A stretch of DNA of 64,000 nt from Penicillus capitatus. Its lineage: Eukaryota; Plantae; Chlorophyta. Each line of letters opens with the position of its first letter. The first letter of the stretch is position 1. The DNA lies in assembly GCA_965649825.1 (NCBI GenBank), contig OZ287711.1, forward strand, positions 231,201-295,200, written 5' to 3'. This document shows positions 39,406-52,631 of this stretch, piece by piece. Under the pieces are notes generated by a model. It searched no databases. It was given only the letters and a program-made list of their open reading frames with translations, and had not been told where the DNA came from. The position numbers were made by a program, and so were the translations under genes.

Positions 39406-41231
39406 ATGGAGCATCGACCTGGCTTCTCGCAGTCTCCCGTGTTCCTCGTCGTTGGGAGAACGCGCGTCGGAAAAGGCGAGTTCATCTCCACCGCCCACAG
39501 AATCCTCAAAGGAAGCGCGCTTCCGAACATCGTATCCAGCCGTCTGGTTTCGCACACGAAAGAGACAAAGGGATATCCCGTGAGTCTCGGCGAACGCGAC
39601 GCTCGAATGGTGGACACTGTCGGCTTCGACAACAGCAGCGGAACGGACATTCCCGAAGAGACGCTGCTGCGTTTTCTCGAAGAGACTGGAAAGGCAGACT
39701 TCTATCCGCCGCTCGTCATACTCCAAACGCTGTCCGCAATGGAGAAGGATCTGCTGACGAAGATGTCTGCTGTCTTCTCGCATATCGTCGTGGCAGTTCG
39801 AATGGCTGGTGCATCCGCACTGGACGAAACGCGACGCGACATCGCTATTGAGTGTCGGATAGAGCCGGTCAGCGCCTTCCACCCGCTAGGGTTTGTGTCC
39901 GCGAAGCTCGACGGTGGGACTAGTCGTCGGCTGTATGACGCTGGCGTCCAGGATATACTGGATTTCTACGGCGGTCTGACCCCTTCCCGGAGGGCACTAG
40001 ACTTCTCGAGCTCGCTGTTCGCTGGAGACTGTGTGAGAACGCCGTGCTCGCCAGAGACAAAATGCGCCGCCGTTTCGCACCAGCGCCACGAAACACGACG
40101 AGAGAGAAGGACGATAAGGGTTCCCGTGATAGTGACCCTCGCAGACAGTGGCCACTACGAAGAAGCAAATCCCTCCGTGGCCAAGGCCTTCAACTGGGGA
40201 TCCGGCGCTTGCTCGGGGATAGGGATGCAGGCCGCCATTACTGCTGTTGCCGCTGTCGTTCTCGTGGTCCTAGGCGCGGAGGGCAGTCGTTCTCCGAAGA
40301 CTCGTGGCTAATTTCTTCCGCGCTAGGTTCCGTGTACGACGGCCCCGCTTCAGCGACTTCCTCGTGCTGGATTTCCTGGACCGCGGTACTCCTGTCGTCC
40401 GAGCTGCGTCGGGAGTTAAAAAGAGCGGTGTTGTGGACCACTCGCTCTGCGCCCCACTGGAAGAGTTCCGAGGCTTCGATGCTCCTACGCTCGGCGCTCC
40501 TGAAGTGTTCAAGGGCGGCAAGGAACGGCGGATTGCGGTAGAGCGGAGGATAAGGAACAGTTGCTCGCGCGATGTGTCGTGCTTCGTCGTCGGCCAGAGT
40601 GAACACTCGAACGCGAAACGAAAACGAAAACGTTTACAATGAGCAGACGAACAGCGTTTCCCAGCCTTTTATCCGGTCGAGGCGACGCGACTTCCTAGAC
40701 AGGTGAGTCATCCAGCGCCGAGAGCCAGAAAAAAGGGCCCCTTCGCGGCACGGGGTCTCATCTGACACGACCCCAAGTGTCCCTTGAACGCATGACCCCA
40801 TCTCCAACAAGGCAGTCCCATCATCAGGTCCCTTCCTGCATTTGCATCATCATTCCTCTATTTCATCTCGTCGACAGCCGCTTCGGCGTCTGCTGCTGCG
40901 TTTGTCGGTCCTGTGTTGTGGGTGTGTGCCGGAATCGCCTGTCAGTACGCGTCGATTAAGGCGGGTGAAGACGTCTGGGTTAGCGACACGAGGCAAGAGA
41001 TCGCGTTACCTCGATGAGAAGAAGGAAGTCGACGTGAGATACGTCGTCACACAGAAGCTCCGCAGGACGTTTGTCCGAGAGGTTCAAGAAGTGTGGAAGA
41101 TACTTGCTGGCGAGATCAAGATCTTCGAGGGATACGAGTACGGTCCGTGGAAGGAAGCAGGCGACGAGCGTCTGGACAGGTTCGAAACGGAACTGCCATC
41201 AGATCTGCCCGAGGGAAAACGTGTTGACTGA
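39406..41231 (+). pseudogene. Hairpin-GTPase family paralogue C, disrupted by an approximately 0.6-kb insertion and a frameshift
   Basis: An intact G domain (GRTRVGKG, DTVGFDNS) runs to about 40260, then foreign sequence with a stop at 40311. The tip resumes near 40875 (AASASAAAFVGPVLWV...), there is a +1 shift near 41008, and the conserved C-terminus ends at 41231. Confidence 0.82.
40262..40870 (-). other. Inserted segment inside GTPase C carrying an unrelated inverted ORF fragment
   Basis: No counterpart in paralogues A, B or D; a minus-strand frame reads LADDEARHIARATVPYPPLYRNPPFLAALEHF. Boundaries are approximate. Confidence 0.55.
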
Positions 41232-43431
41232 ACATCTCTATTGATGACCGGCGCCGCCGTGAACATTATCGATGTATGTCTTTTAACAGAATGCGCGTTG
41301 TTGCGCAGCAAATCTTCTGCCAGTGTGTGCGGACGAAAGAAAAGAACGGTTATACAAAAAAGGGTATTAGCGCACATTGCCGTAACGACGAATCTCACGC
41401 AGAAAGCATTCGTTTGCACCAACGAGCAATACGTGCACGTCTATTGTTTCGACGGCGAATATAGGGGTTCGATTTGAACGGCCGTCGGCAAAGGTTCTAC
41501 GTCGCAAGAAAAGACGCTTCCTTGCGTTTGCGACTTATTTCACGTCGCATTTGAACTCTTTATTCCATCGGAGAGGACCCGAGGGAGTAAGTAGTGCGAA
41601 ACAAACGAGTTGTGAGTAAAATGCGAGCGCCGTCACTGCTGTCTTAGTCTGCATCGCCTAACTCATCGAACAAGATCGACAAAGATCCTCTCGCGGACTT
41701 TTTGCATGTGCGATGTCGTCGCAACAGTCCAAGAAAACCCATGGGGCTGCGTATGCTGAAACAGGACTAGTCAATACAGGAGTCACAAACAATCTTCGTT
41801 CGACGAGATCTTCGATGGAATAAAGAAGGGCACATTCAGTTATGGATGTGGTTTAGTGATTAGAAACAACAACACGAGGAATACCGAGCTGCTCACAGGA
41901 AACGGTAGATTTGTTCGGCAGTGTCGCCGAGATCGAGTTTAGACGTCACAGCATTCAAAGTGTAAATTTTGTGGAAACGTTGCTATGAATCGTGTCAAAT
42001 CTCGAGATGAACTTGCACGAAGATGCTCGTGAGGTTCTCACGTGGCGACGGGAACACCTAGGAACATACAAATAGAGTTCTTAATGATGTCACATATGAA
42101 CCGGGAACCTTCAAGTGAACTCCAGTTTCAGAATAGTATACATTCAATCCTTGCAGCCTTTGATCACAATCGTAAGATTCATGCATAACTCCTGTGTCGA
42201 GCAACGTTCGAAACAGCGCATATCTCAGTGTGTTCTTACTCTGTACGAGTCAGTCGTAACTTAACGAAATAGAACTTCAACGAATCTCCCCGTATGCGAT
42301 GAAGAGGATTAGGTGAAGTCTTGGCATACTTTGTGCCGCCATTCAGATCAAAAACCCAATCACCGGCTGCAAAGAGTGCCCGGGGACATCGAGACGGCGG
42401 GATGCGTGCCTCGAATGGGGCATAGTGTTGTCTTGTGTTAGAAAGTGATGCCACGAGTATGACACGATGACACAAGAGTAACAAGAGGCATGAGGTACGT
42501 GGATTTCGGCATTTAAGTGCACAATTCGTCTTACGCGTGTACATTTGTTAAGAGTTAACTATTGCCACAGTCAGTTCTTTTAGGACGTAGAATGAACATC
42601 GGAATTCTAGGATTATGGAGTTACCTCACGATGTACATGATTTGACTGGTTGTCCATAAAAGGAGCAAGATGAGCTAGCTTCCTCGTTGTGTGTGAATAT
42701 TGGCGTGTTTTTGTATTACGATCCTCTACAGTTCATTGCGCAGTTAGCATCTGACGAAGGATCCTCCCACACGGGAGTCCTTCATGCGAGGTCGAAGGCA
42801 CCGTGTGGAGACAAAGATCCATCTTGTAGAACTCTCGAAGCTGACTGCTGTTCGAATGCAAGAATCCGGAATTAAGCAAAGAGATCCGAAAACCATCTCC
42901 GTCGATACTCTTTGACGGCGACTTCGGACTACAGACGCGTTCAGTCCGATCGCGAATGCGACCGAAGATGGATGCCAATAGGAAGTAGAACTCTATGTCT
43001 ATCGTCACGAGACTTCCGTTTCATAGCACCGCGTGCTGCACTAAGCAGGTAGGAGAAGCGATCTCAGAGTCCTCCCTCGTCAGGTCTCGCGACCGGTAGC
43101 GAGAGACGTCGCGCTCTCGTTACGTTAACTTATAACCTGTTTCGGAGAAGCAGCACTATCTCGACGATATGCCAACTTGTGTGTCAATCTTTTTGTTTGC
43201 TTTTTTCTTTTTTGGCGAAAAAGAGAGAGACTAGTTGTCGCGCTCGCGGTGAACAAACGTGTGTGCAGCACCTAAACAATCTTCAAAGCAGAAATCGTCA
43301 ACAAACTCAATATCCCCCATTCTTATAATGTGACAGTAACGCTAGTCATGTCACAGCTTCAGATGCTGAGCCCCGTCTTAAAGCTCAGGTTGAAATGAAA
43401 ACAGACCCTGGTATGCAGCCGATCTTTATCT

Positions 43432-46400
43432 TCAGTCGTCGACGGCCGAGTGGGTGGAACTCTCGGACTCTTCGTGGCCAGTCCTCGACTTGGGGTGCTT
43501 GATCTTGTATCTGATCCACTGCGCCAGAACACAGAACATGTTGGTATCTGGTGCGCAGTTCTCCCCTTTCTCGCTGAGATCGCTTTTGAAGAACTCGGCC
43601 GCGAACTTGAGAAAGTAAAACACAAAAACGCAAAATGTGATGAGGTTCAGCAGGACACACGCGCCCGTGAGCAACTCGCGAGTGATGTTATCTGGATAGT
43701 TCTCGTCGTCCAGCATGATCGCAACCAGCGTTGTCAGCAGCGACACGAACAAGGATCCAATTTCGAATCCGTTGAGATTTTGGAAACGTTGTCGGTAAGG
43801 ACTCGCCAGAATATGCGCCGCGATGGCAAGTGTGATCAGGTGCGCGACTCCGGTGATTGGCAGAGTGCTGTCGAAGAGATGAGCGCAGAAGACGAGAAAG
43901 GCAATGGCGACCTTTCTCGCAACGATGACGACCTCCCAGTAACGGCGACGATCCATTCTGTAAGAGCGATAGAGGAATCCGGTCGTCTGGAATGTCCAGC
44001 TGTGCTTGTAGGAAAGGTGTTGGACCGGGACTCCGAGGGTGGCGATGAAGAGACCGAGCAGAATGCCGTAGACCGGACACACAAAAGCGACGACCAAGGC
44101 GTAGACCAGCATCGAGTGGTCGCCTTGGTAGCATTCGAGGGCAGTGTCGACCGCCCAGTACTTGTGCGTCGAGTTGTGCACGTCGGCTCCATCCAAGTGC
44201 GTCGAGTCGTGCACGTCGACGCAAAGAAAAACGCTCAACGCGGTCTTCAGCACTGGCACGAAAGTGATGTACCAGATGACCATGAGCGACAGCACGCATC
44301 TCTTTAGCAGGAAACGCGGAGGCATGTCGTTCTTTCCTCTCACTGATTTCGGCGTCCAGAACACAATCCAGAGGTGGAGCACGGCGCAAGGAACGATGCA
44401 CGTGTTGACGACAAGCGCCAGTGCCGTCGGATGGATGAACAGGTCTTTCGATCTCAGACACACGACGGAACGTCGAATGCCATCCGATGCGAGACCACCG
44501 AAGAACTCTAGAAGCGCACAACAGTCGACGAGACGAGACTTCCGAGATTCTGGTTTCACCTGCCACGTCCGCCATGACGATCAGCGAGAAAGCCCATCCC
44601 ACGTCGAGAGAAGCCAACAGCACAGTCACTTGCGTGTAGCTCAGCGTGATCTGCAAAAATAAGAGGAAGAGGAATAAGACGTTTAGGACGGACCTTGAAC
44701 ATTTCGACTGCTCTCCACTTAGCTAGAAACTTCTCAGACGTACGCACTCCGTCGTCTGATTCACCCTGTGGCACACGATTTTGAGAATTGTGGCAGTGAC
44801 GTTACTCTGCACCCACGTCTGATTCCGTACGCGGTGAGTCTGGCTCTTCCAGTAACAGAGATGAGGATGCGCTCTGGCTAGGAATCTGTCTCGTTTCTCC
44901 ACGCAATGCACTGAGCGTGCCATGAATCGTGATGGCCGTCAGTCCCAAGAGAAAGAGAGCCGACATCGCAATGTAGGTCACACTGAAGGGCCAATTCAGG
45001 CACTCCTTGCACTCCGAGGACAAGCCAGATCCGTAGTTGTCCGAACAGGACCCACAGAGAGGACCTTCGTAACCCTTTCGGTATCAAACAAGAGTTTAGA
45101 AAGCTTGTATCGCTGAGAACGCAGCTTACCTCCGCACACTGAGCGTCCATGTAATCCTCTATCTCTGATTCCTCAAAGCTGCACTTCGTGACATCGCTGA
45201 CTGCTTTACTCAACTTGTCAGATCGGCCTTCGAATTCGCAGGCTGCGGTCGGAAGGCATCTGTAAAGGCGGTCCGAACACGGCGTCTTCTGCCAGTAGCC
45301 GTCGTTTGGCGTGATCGCTTGAGATGTGCAATTGCCATTCTCTGGGCACGACTGGCAATCATTCTTTGAAGGCGGAAAACTGTAGGTCGTGCTGCTGCAA
45401 TCCACACAGATTCCAGCACTCGACAAACTCTCGCCGACAAAACATTCCCGCACACTGACACGAATATCGATGCTCTTGATCTCCTTCTTGTCAAATTCGA
45501 CGGTCAGCTGGTACTTCCCTGGAGGAACGAAGGCTTCGATGTGTTTGAAAGAACAGCTTCCTTTTTTCATCTCCAAGACGAAGGACCCTGTCAGGAATCT
45601 ACCACCCTTCGAAGACATGATGGCTGACACCGGTTGGTCGCTCGTTGCCGGTTTTTGATCGAGACGATCCACCAGCTCTACTGTTGCCGCCGGCAGCTCT
45701 GTACCGGCACGATAACTTTCAATCGCACAGCCCTCTTCGCCGCTCTCACAGCCAGAGTTGGTGGCATCCTCGATCACCATCTGTGCGCTTACGGCATACG
45801 TTGCGATAACAGGCCCGTAAAGGCGCGCGTTGTTGTCCTTCCACGACGGACAGACGTCATTGACAGATTTAATACTGCGCAGACTTTTCCAGTCTCTGTC
45901 CTTGTTAGACGATAAACTAGAGTCTGTCGAAGCATCGGAGCAGCGGATGCGAATGGCTTCCAAGTAACCGGCGAAGACAGCTCCTCCACCAATACGCGCC
46001 TTATTCCCAGAGAGTTGCGTAATTAACAAAGCCATAAACGGACAATCGACGGCCTTTGTCAAACATTCTCCATTCCTTTCTTCGCACCCAAAGAAAACAC
46101 CGCCTAGAAGCCAGAGTAAGAAGAAGATCTCCTTTTCATGACGGTCGCATACCTCCCAGCTCCGCCTTGTTGTTCTCGACGCGGCTGAGGGTCAGCGACA
46201 AAGCAAGAGTCTGGTCCTGGTCGGTATCAAGGAAGACAGCACCGCCTTTTCCCCCGTTCGCTGAGTTGTCGTGAAACAAGCAGTCGGTACAGAGGAAAGT
46301 TGATGCGTTGATGCCCTTCACACCACCACCGTCTCCGTCAGCTTCGCAGTAAGCTATGGTAAGATTGCGAGCCGTCGTGTTAGATTTCTCCAACCAGATC

Positions 46401-49400
46401 GCTCCACCGTCTTTCGACTTTCCCTCAACGACAGTGGAGTCCTTTATGCTGATTGAGCTGCCATGTGATGCCGCGACAAAGCCGCCAGCCGTTTTCGAGG
46501 TGCTCGAAGACCAATGTGAACGTGCAATTTTAACGGTGGAGCTTCCGGCATAGACTAAAGCTCCAGATTCAGAGCTGCCGTTCGTAGCTGTCAAGTTTTT
46601 CAAAGTTATCGCCGATTGCTGAGCGTAGACGAATCCACCTTCATTTTCTGCGTTGTTGCCGGTAGCATATGTGTGCTTCAGCGTAGCATTTGACTGTTCC
46701 GCATAGATAAATCCTCCGTATTCAGCAGTGTTGCTTTTTGCATTGGTCTGATCCAGAGTCACAGTCGAGTGCTTTGCAAAAACGAAACCTCCGTTCTTTG
46801 CTCCATTGCCGTTTGCTTTTGTGGTGACAAGAGTCACAGTCGAATCTTTCGAGTGCATGAAGCCGCCATTAGACTCAGCGGTATTGTTGGACACTCTCGA
46901 CCTCTCCAGCGTTACTTTCGACTTCTCCGCATGCACGACTCCGCCATTAGACTCTGCGGTATTGTCGGTCACGGCAGAGTTCTCCAGCTGCACGTGCGAG
47001 TTGGACGCGTATACGACTCCACCATTAGACTCTGCGGTATTGTCGGTCACGGCAGAGTTCTCCAGCTGCACGCACGAGTGGGTCTCCGCGTACACGACTC
47101 CGCCATCAGACTCTGCACTGTTGAAAGTTGCGTTGGTGTTATCCAGCTTTACGGTCGAGTTGGACGCGTGCACGACTCCGCCATTAGACGTTGCGCTATT
47201 GTCAGTCACGGCAGAGTTCTCTAGGTTCACGTGCGAGTTGGTCTCCGCGCACACAACTCCGCCATTAGACTCCGCGCTGTTACCAGTTGCGGTGGTGGTG
47301 TTTAGAGTTACGTGCGAGTTGGACGCGTACACGACTCCACCATTAGCCCCGGCGTTGTTGTCGGTCACGGCAGAGTTCTCTAGCTGCATATGCGAGTTGA
47401 ACGCGTACACGACTCCGCCGTCATGCTCTGCGCTATTGTTGGTCGCGGCAGAGGTCTTCATTCTTACGCCCGAGTTGGACGCGTGCACGACTCCGCCAGC
47501 AAACCTTGCGATATTGTTGGTCGCGGCAGTGCTCTCCAGCTTTACGTGCGAGTTGGACGCGTACACGACTCCACCATTAGCCCCAGCGTTGTTGTCGGTC
47601 GCGGCAGAGTTCTCCAGGTTTACGTTCGAGTGGGTCTCCGCGTACACGACTCCGCCATCAGACTCTGCGCTATTGTTGGTAACGGTGGTGCTCTCCAGGT
47701 TTACGGTCGAATAATGCACTACTACCACTCCTCCACGTGATGCTCTATTGTTGGTCGCGGCAGAGTTCACCAGCGTTACGTCCGATAACCACGCGTACAC
47801 GGCTCCACCATCATGCTCTGCGCTATTGTTGGTAACGGCGGTGCTCTCCAGCTTTGCGTTCGATCTATTCATATCTAGAACTCCTCCCTGTGATGCTCTA
47901 TTGTTAATCGCGGTGGTGTTCTTCAGCTCTACAGTCGACCAAGCTGCGTACACGACAGCTTGGTTATCGGACGCGACGGTGTTCTCCAACTTCACGTACG
48001 AGCCACCCCCCGCGTACACGACTCCGCCTCTCAATGCGATATTACCAGTCACGGTGGTATCCTTCAGCTCTACGTTCGATTCTTCCGCGTATACGAGACC
48101 TCCATAAGACATTGCTCTGTTGTCGGACGCAGCGGTGTTCTCCAGCTTCACGTTCGATTCTCTTCTTGCGTATACGACACCTCCTTCAGACATTGCGGTG
48201 TTGTCCGTCGCGGCAGAGTTCTTCAGCTCTACGGTCGAGTTGTCCACGTAGACACAACCACCCTTCCAAAAGGCGACATTGTTCCGGAAGAGCGAACCGT
48301 ACAGAAAGACATGCGTTGTGTCTTCGGCGTAGATAGCCGACCCTGAGGTCGCTGAATTCGAAGAGAAATTGCATGTGCTGATATCAGCAAGTGACTTGAC
48401 CAGATGAATACAAGAGCTGAATCGGCTGTCGCGCATGTTTTGCGCCAGAGTATTCCGATTGAAAGACCCGTTCGCCAGGGAAAGGACACCGTCTCGAACT
48501 CGAATGATGGTGAGGTTGTTTTCTGAGGCAACGAATCCCTGGATTGTGATTGTGGTGTTGGATGACCCTTGAGCGTATAGCAATGACGATAATTGATCGT
48601 TGGATTCATCTACGATGTTCCTGGCCACGGTACAGTTCTCCACACTAGTTCTCTTCGCTAGGAACACTCCGCACCCATCGCTTGAGCAAAAGTTGTCCGC
48701 AATCTCGACATTGGCCATCTCCAGTCCAGAACATGACGATGACATACGAAGTCCCGAGGCCGCAATGAGTCTGTTCTTGCGTATCGTGACGCGGCGGAGA
48801 GCTACGAGTCCAGAGTTGCCAGGAGTCTCACATCCAGTGACTTCGACGAGCGACCGGACTCCCTCCGCTTCTTCGAATGTGCACCCCTCAATGACGAGAT
48901 CGACAAAGGTAGCGCTCGTCGCTCTACGCAAGGAAAGGAAGATGGATATCCCAATCGATACCGTCTTACTGCACTAGGAAGAGGCCGGAGTTCTTCCGAG
49001 GGCATGTAAACGTTGTCTTCGCTGCTGGATTCTCGGACGCGTCGCCGTCGAAGTCTGTGCCGTCGATGAGGGAGGAGATGGTCAGTTGCCAAGGAATGAC
49101 CACACGCGATCGTGGCTGAATGACCCTTGTCACGTTGAACGCAATCACATCACCCTCCTCGGTGCAGTTGACAATTCTTTGCAAATCGTTGCCAATTTCT
49201 TCAAGGACAGCGTCGCTGACGATCCATGTTCGACCATCTGACGAAGTGTACCGTGCTCTGGCCTCGCCTGTCAAATCACAATTGAGACCTACGACATGGC
49301 AGAAACCCTTAAACTCCCGAGCACCGTGCGACGGAGGAAGAATGACTGACCTGCCTCGTTTCCCAGGCCGGACGTAGCAGACTGGAGTGGAAGAAGCGGC

Positions 49401-49723
49401 TCGTTCGCGGTCTACATACAAGAAACGACGTGTTAATACCCTCGGCGCGGAACGTGCTCGAGCTGTACGTCTTGAACGCGTTCCGTTTTGAGGCTTGTGG
49501 ATGTGGCGGTGAATACGGTCGGCTTTTTGTCGTCCGTTTGATCTAGAACACCAGACAACAGCATGGAGAGCTGCGACGAAGTGGGTGTTTTGAAACCGTC
49601 GTTGGTAGACAGGGCATCTGACGGACGCAGAAAGGCGCGCTGAACTGCGCCTAGTATTCCAATTCCTTGTGCCAACACAGCGCACAGAAGAAAGAGTCTC
49701 AAACGAGAAATTGGTCGGCGCAT
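43432..49723 (-). CDS. Very large surface receptor: signal peptide, Pmp-like GG/N beta-helix repeats, Cys-rich linker, multi-pass (about 7 TM) C-terminal domain
   Basis: Signal peptide MRRPISRLRLFLLCAVLAQG. ORFs 48966, 46136, 44878, 44802, 43688 and 43432 can be joined by GT-AG introns. It contains C..C..CP.NG.C, GYEGPLCGSC and the TM region RRRYWEVVIVARKVAI. The 5' exon structure is less certain. Confidence 0.82.
46250..48300 (-). repeat. Coding tandem array of about 27 units of 25-27 aa (75-81 bp), consensus LENSAxTxNxAxxxGGVVYAxxSxV
   Basis: Near-identical 78-bp units at 46935 and 47013; GG motifs counted in the translation. Confidence 0.92.
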
Positions 49724-51522
49724 TTTGTGAACGAGAAACGCTGAACGGAGATAGCAGAATGCTTTTGTTAAGAAGACGCGACTCATTAACGGACGATCGA
49801 CGCGCGTCCTGAAAAGACGTCTGCATAACGTTTAAACGTCAAAGAGCTTTGAAGCAATGGAAGTCAGAACCAGCGTGCAGTGTTGCATAAGACAACAGTC
49901 GACGAATCAACAGGTCATCCGAATGAGTTCAACGCGACAGAAGAGATAGACCTCGTGTGATGATGGTTGGCGCTGCATATGGCAAGGCACTTTCATGATA
50001 GAACACGACTGCAGATCCGTCCAGAGAATGACACCAATAAGCTGAGCAGCTCTGCGCAAAATGAGTCCAGAATGTGTGATGCCTCCACGTCTCTGCTCCT
50101 GAAATCTGGTTTCGTCAAGGCCGTCATCGTCCACCTCGATCAGCTTGACTGTCGCCCGTCGACTCCTTCTCCGCAATGCGAAGTGTCACGGACTCTGTGT
50201 AACGGTAGAAGGTGTCTTGGTGAGAGGCATGTCCGGTATGGATTGAATGTCCGGGCAATGATGCTCAATCTTGACCACTAGACCAATAAACACCCGCCAT
50301 CTCTGACAGGGCTCCACTGGATTGACTTGATATGACTCTCGGGGTCGAGGTCTCCACGAGACACAGTCTCTTTGCTTGTGCAGTGATGTGCTCTGTCACG
50401 AATAGCGGTCTCCTCTGTCTGCCGTTTGCTGCCTGATTCACTTCACGGTCGTGCTCGATTCTGTGAGTGCTGCACTCGCCTCTTCCCTCAAACACAACGC
50501 TCTGCCATCTATCGAGGCAGAGCAGTCACGGATGTCTGTCTTCTGTATAGTGACATCCCCTTTCCATCGTAGACTCACCCCCTTAACTGCGTCGTACCTT
50601 CAATGAGCTTCTAATTGCGAACGCAGACGAGAGTCTGTCCGGCAAAAGAGGATGCCGCCTTCTCCTTCACGACGATCGCGCGGAAGACAACGATTGAACC
50701 GAAAGCTGGACTCCGCTGCGTAAACGGTAAAGCCGTCTGTTACCACCCAGTCGTCTGTGGACGTCGCGTTTGAGAATTCTCCAACTGCGTTGGCATCGTG
50801 GTGCACGGCGTGTGCATCACTGGCGGAACTGCTCTGGAATCAAGAGTCCGGTGAGCTTCACGTTGCCGGCGGATACATTGGCAGAAAAAGCGTCGCCTTC
50901 GTTGTCTTCAAAGATCGACGCATTTCGTCAAATGCCGGTTCTGTCACATCAAGAGCGCCAACATGTGCTTGATTGCTGCGTCAGGAACCTTGAGTTCTTC
51001 CTCTTCGCCGGACAGGATGGACGCTTCTTTCGATGAACATGTAAATGCACGAAGCTCGTGTGAGTCAAGCGGAACTGCCGTGCGCAAATTCACAAACAAA
51101 CGCGATTCGAAAACTCATCCCTGGTCGGCACAAGAACCAACAACAGGTTCACGTCGCAGGGGCAATCGCCATGATAACTTTCCGTGCGCATTATAACAGC
51201 GACTCCTGCAAAATGAATCTATGCAGTGCCGTCCTTTTCTCTCCGTCATCCATCGTCGTCCTGTCACATCCAAACTCGATAAAGCATCGACATCACTCCA
51301 GCCATCCATGCGTGGAACAAGCATACTTCTACGAAGACGAGAGAGACTCCAACGAGACAACGTCATCGTCAACCCTGCCATTACATAACATCTCCATTGA
51401 ACACTCTCGTTTCGAACAAAACACGTCACACCGCCGCCAGAATCGAAATGGAAGGGTACTCTAGCTGTCCCCTATCCCTTTCACATCATCTATCCGCCGA
51501 ACGACGCCCATCGTCTTCTACA

Positions 51523-52476
51523 CTACTGAAACGGAACGCGCGCCTCGTCCACCAGCGCTTGAATCTCTTCGACAGACTGCAGATCGCGTTGCTCTTCGAG
51601 CTTCCAGTTCATATCCATCGCGCCAAAAGGTAAGCTTGTCTGATACCACGCGTGATTCTGAATGTCTTCAATTGAAAAGCGATCCTCAGGATTCAACACT
51701 AGGATCTTCTGAATCAAATCGCTACAGTCGTCCGACATCGATCCACGCGGTATCTCGTAGTCGAGCCTTCTCAGACGATCCAGAATGATCGCGTTGTGCA
51801 GTCTTGGATTCTCTCCCTGTCTTACGAATGGAAACCGCCTCACGAGCATCACGTAGAGAAACACACCGCAGCTCCAGATGTCTGCTTTCTTGCCATCGTA
51901 TGGATCGCCACGGTTTTCTCTCAGAATCACTTCCGGTGCCAGGTACGGTCGCGTTCCGACAACGGTCGTCGGGACGGAGTCCTTGTCGACGTGCTTCGAG
52001 AATCCAAAGTCGCAGATCTTGAGCAAAGGCCAGGCATTGTCATTCAGCAACGTGTTTTCGAGTTTGATGTCGCGATTGGCGACGCCCATTCGGTGGCAGT
52101 AATCCAGTCCGATGATCAGCTGCTGGAAGAACCAGCGGACCATATCCTCCGAGAGACCACGGCGCTGGCGGATGTACTCCACCAGGTCGCCACCTTCTGC
52201 GTACTCCATGACGATCGCTAGGTAGCGCGCCGTCAGGAAGACGCCCTTGAACTGGATGACATGATGGTGCAGGAGGTTCTTGTGATTGAGAATCTCCCGT
52301 TCGACGTTCGTGTTAATGCACGGACCACGTGGCAGGAATTTGATGGCGACCCGTTCGCCGACGCGCACGTCTTGAGCGAGGATGACGAATCCGAACGAGC
52401 CTCGGTTGAGGTCGCTTATCTTGCGATAGCGCGGATGGTCGACGAGCAGATCTTCCTCGGCAGCTTCGTCCGACAT
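51523..52476 (-). CDS. SnRK2-family Ser/Thr kinase (intronless)
   Basis: RGSFGFV, VAIKF, REILNH, LAIVMEYA.GG, RWFFQQLI.GLDYCH, NRDIKLEN, LKICDFGFSK, VGT.PYLAPE and YDGKKADIWSCGV. Confidence 0.92.
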   Translation of the reverse strand: MSDEAAEEDLLVDHPRYRKISDLNRGSFGFVILAQDVRVGERVAIKFLPRGPCINTNVEREILNHKNLLHHHVIQFKGVFLTARYLAIVMEYAEGGDLVEYIRQRRGLSEDMVRWFFQQLIIGLDYCHRMGVANRDIKLENTLLNDNAWPLLKICDFGFSKHVDKDSVPTTVVGTRPYLAPEVILRENRGDPYDGKKADIWSCGVFLYVMLVRRFPFVRQGENPRLHNAIILDRLRRLDYEIPRGSMSDDCSDLIQKILVLNPEDRFSIEDIQNHAWYQTSLPFGAMDMNWKLEEQRDLQSVEEIQALVDEARVPFQ

Positions 52477-52631
52477 GGAGAGGGCTTTGTCGGCGTTGCA
52501 GAACACGAATCGCCTAACACGGTGCGCTGTTTATCGCTAATCGACGCATGATGGTTCACAGGAAATGTCGAGCATGTCTTTTCAAACGGTGTTTCGCACT
52601 CTACTGTGTATCAAACATGTTCTGCACAACT

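Noticed and set aside
41450-43350. tRNA, ncRNA or coding gene in the AT-richer spacer
   Set aside because: GTTCGA-like words lack cloverleaf context, and the short ORFs have no recognisable motifs.
46769-48107. Plus-strand repetitive ORFs (YTTPPL..., RVHDSA...)
   Set aside because: Antisense shadows of the beta-helix repeat array.
49900-51470. Gene or LRR pseudogene between the receptor and SnRK2
   Set aside because: Only short ORFs with stops in all frames and no recognisable motif.
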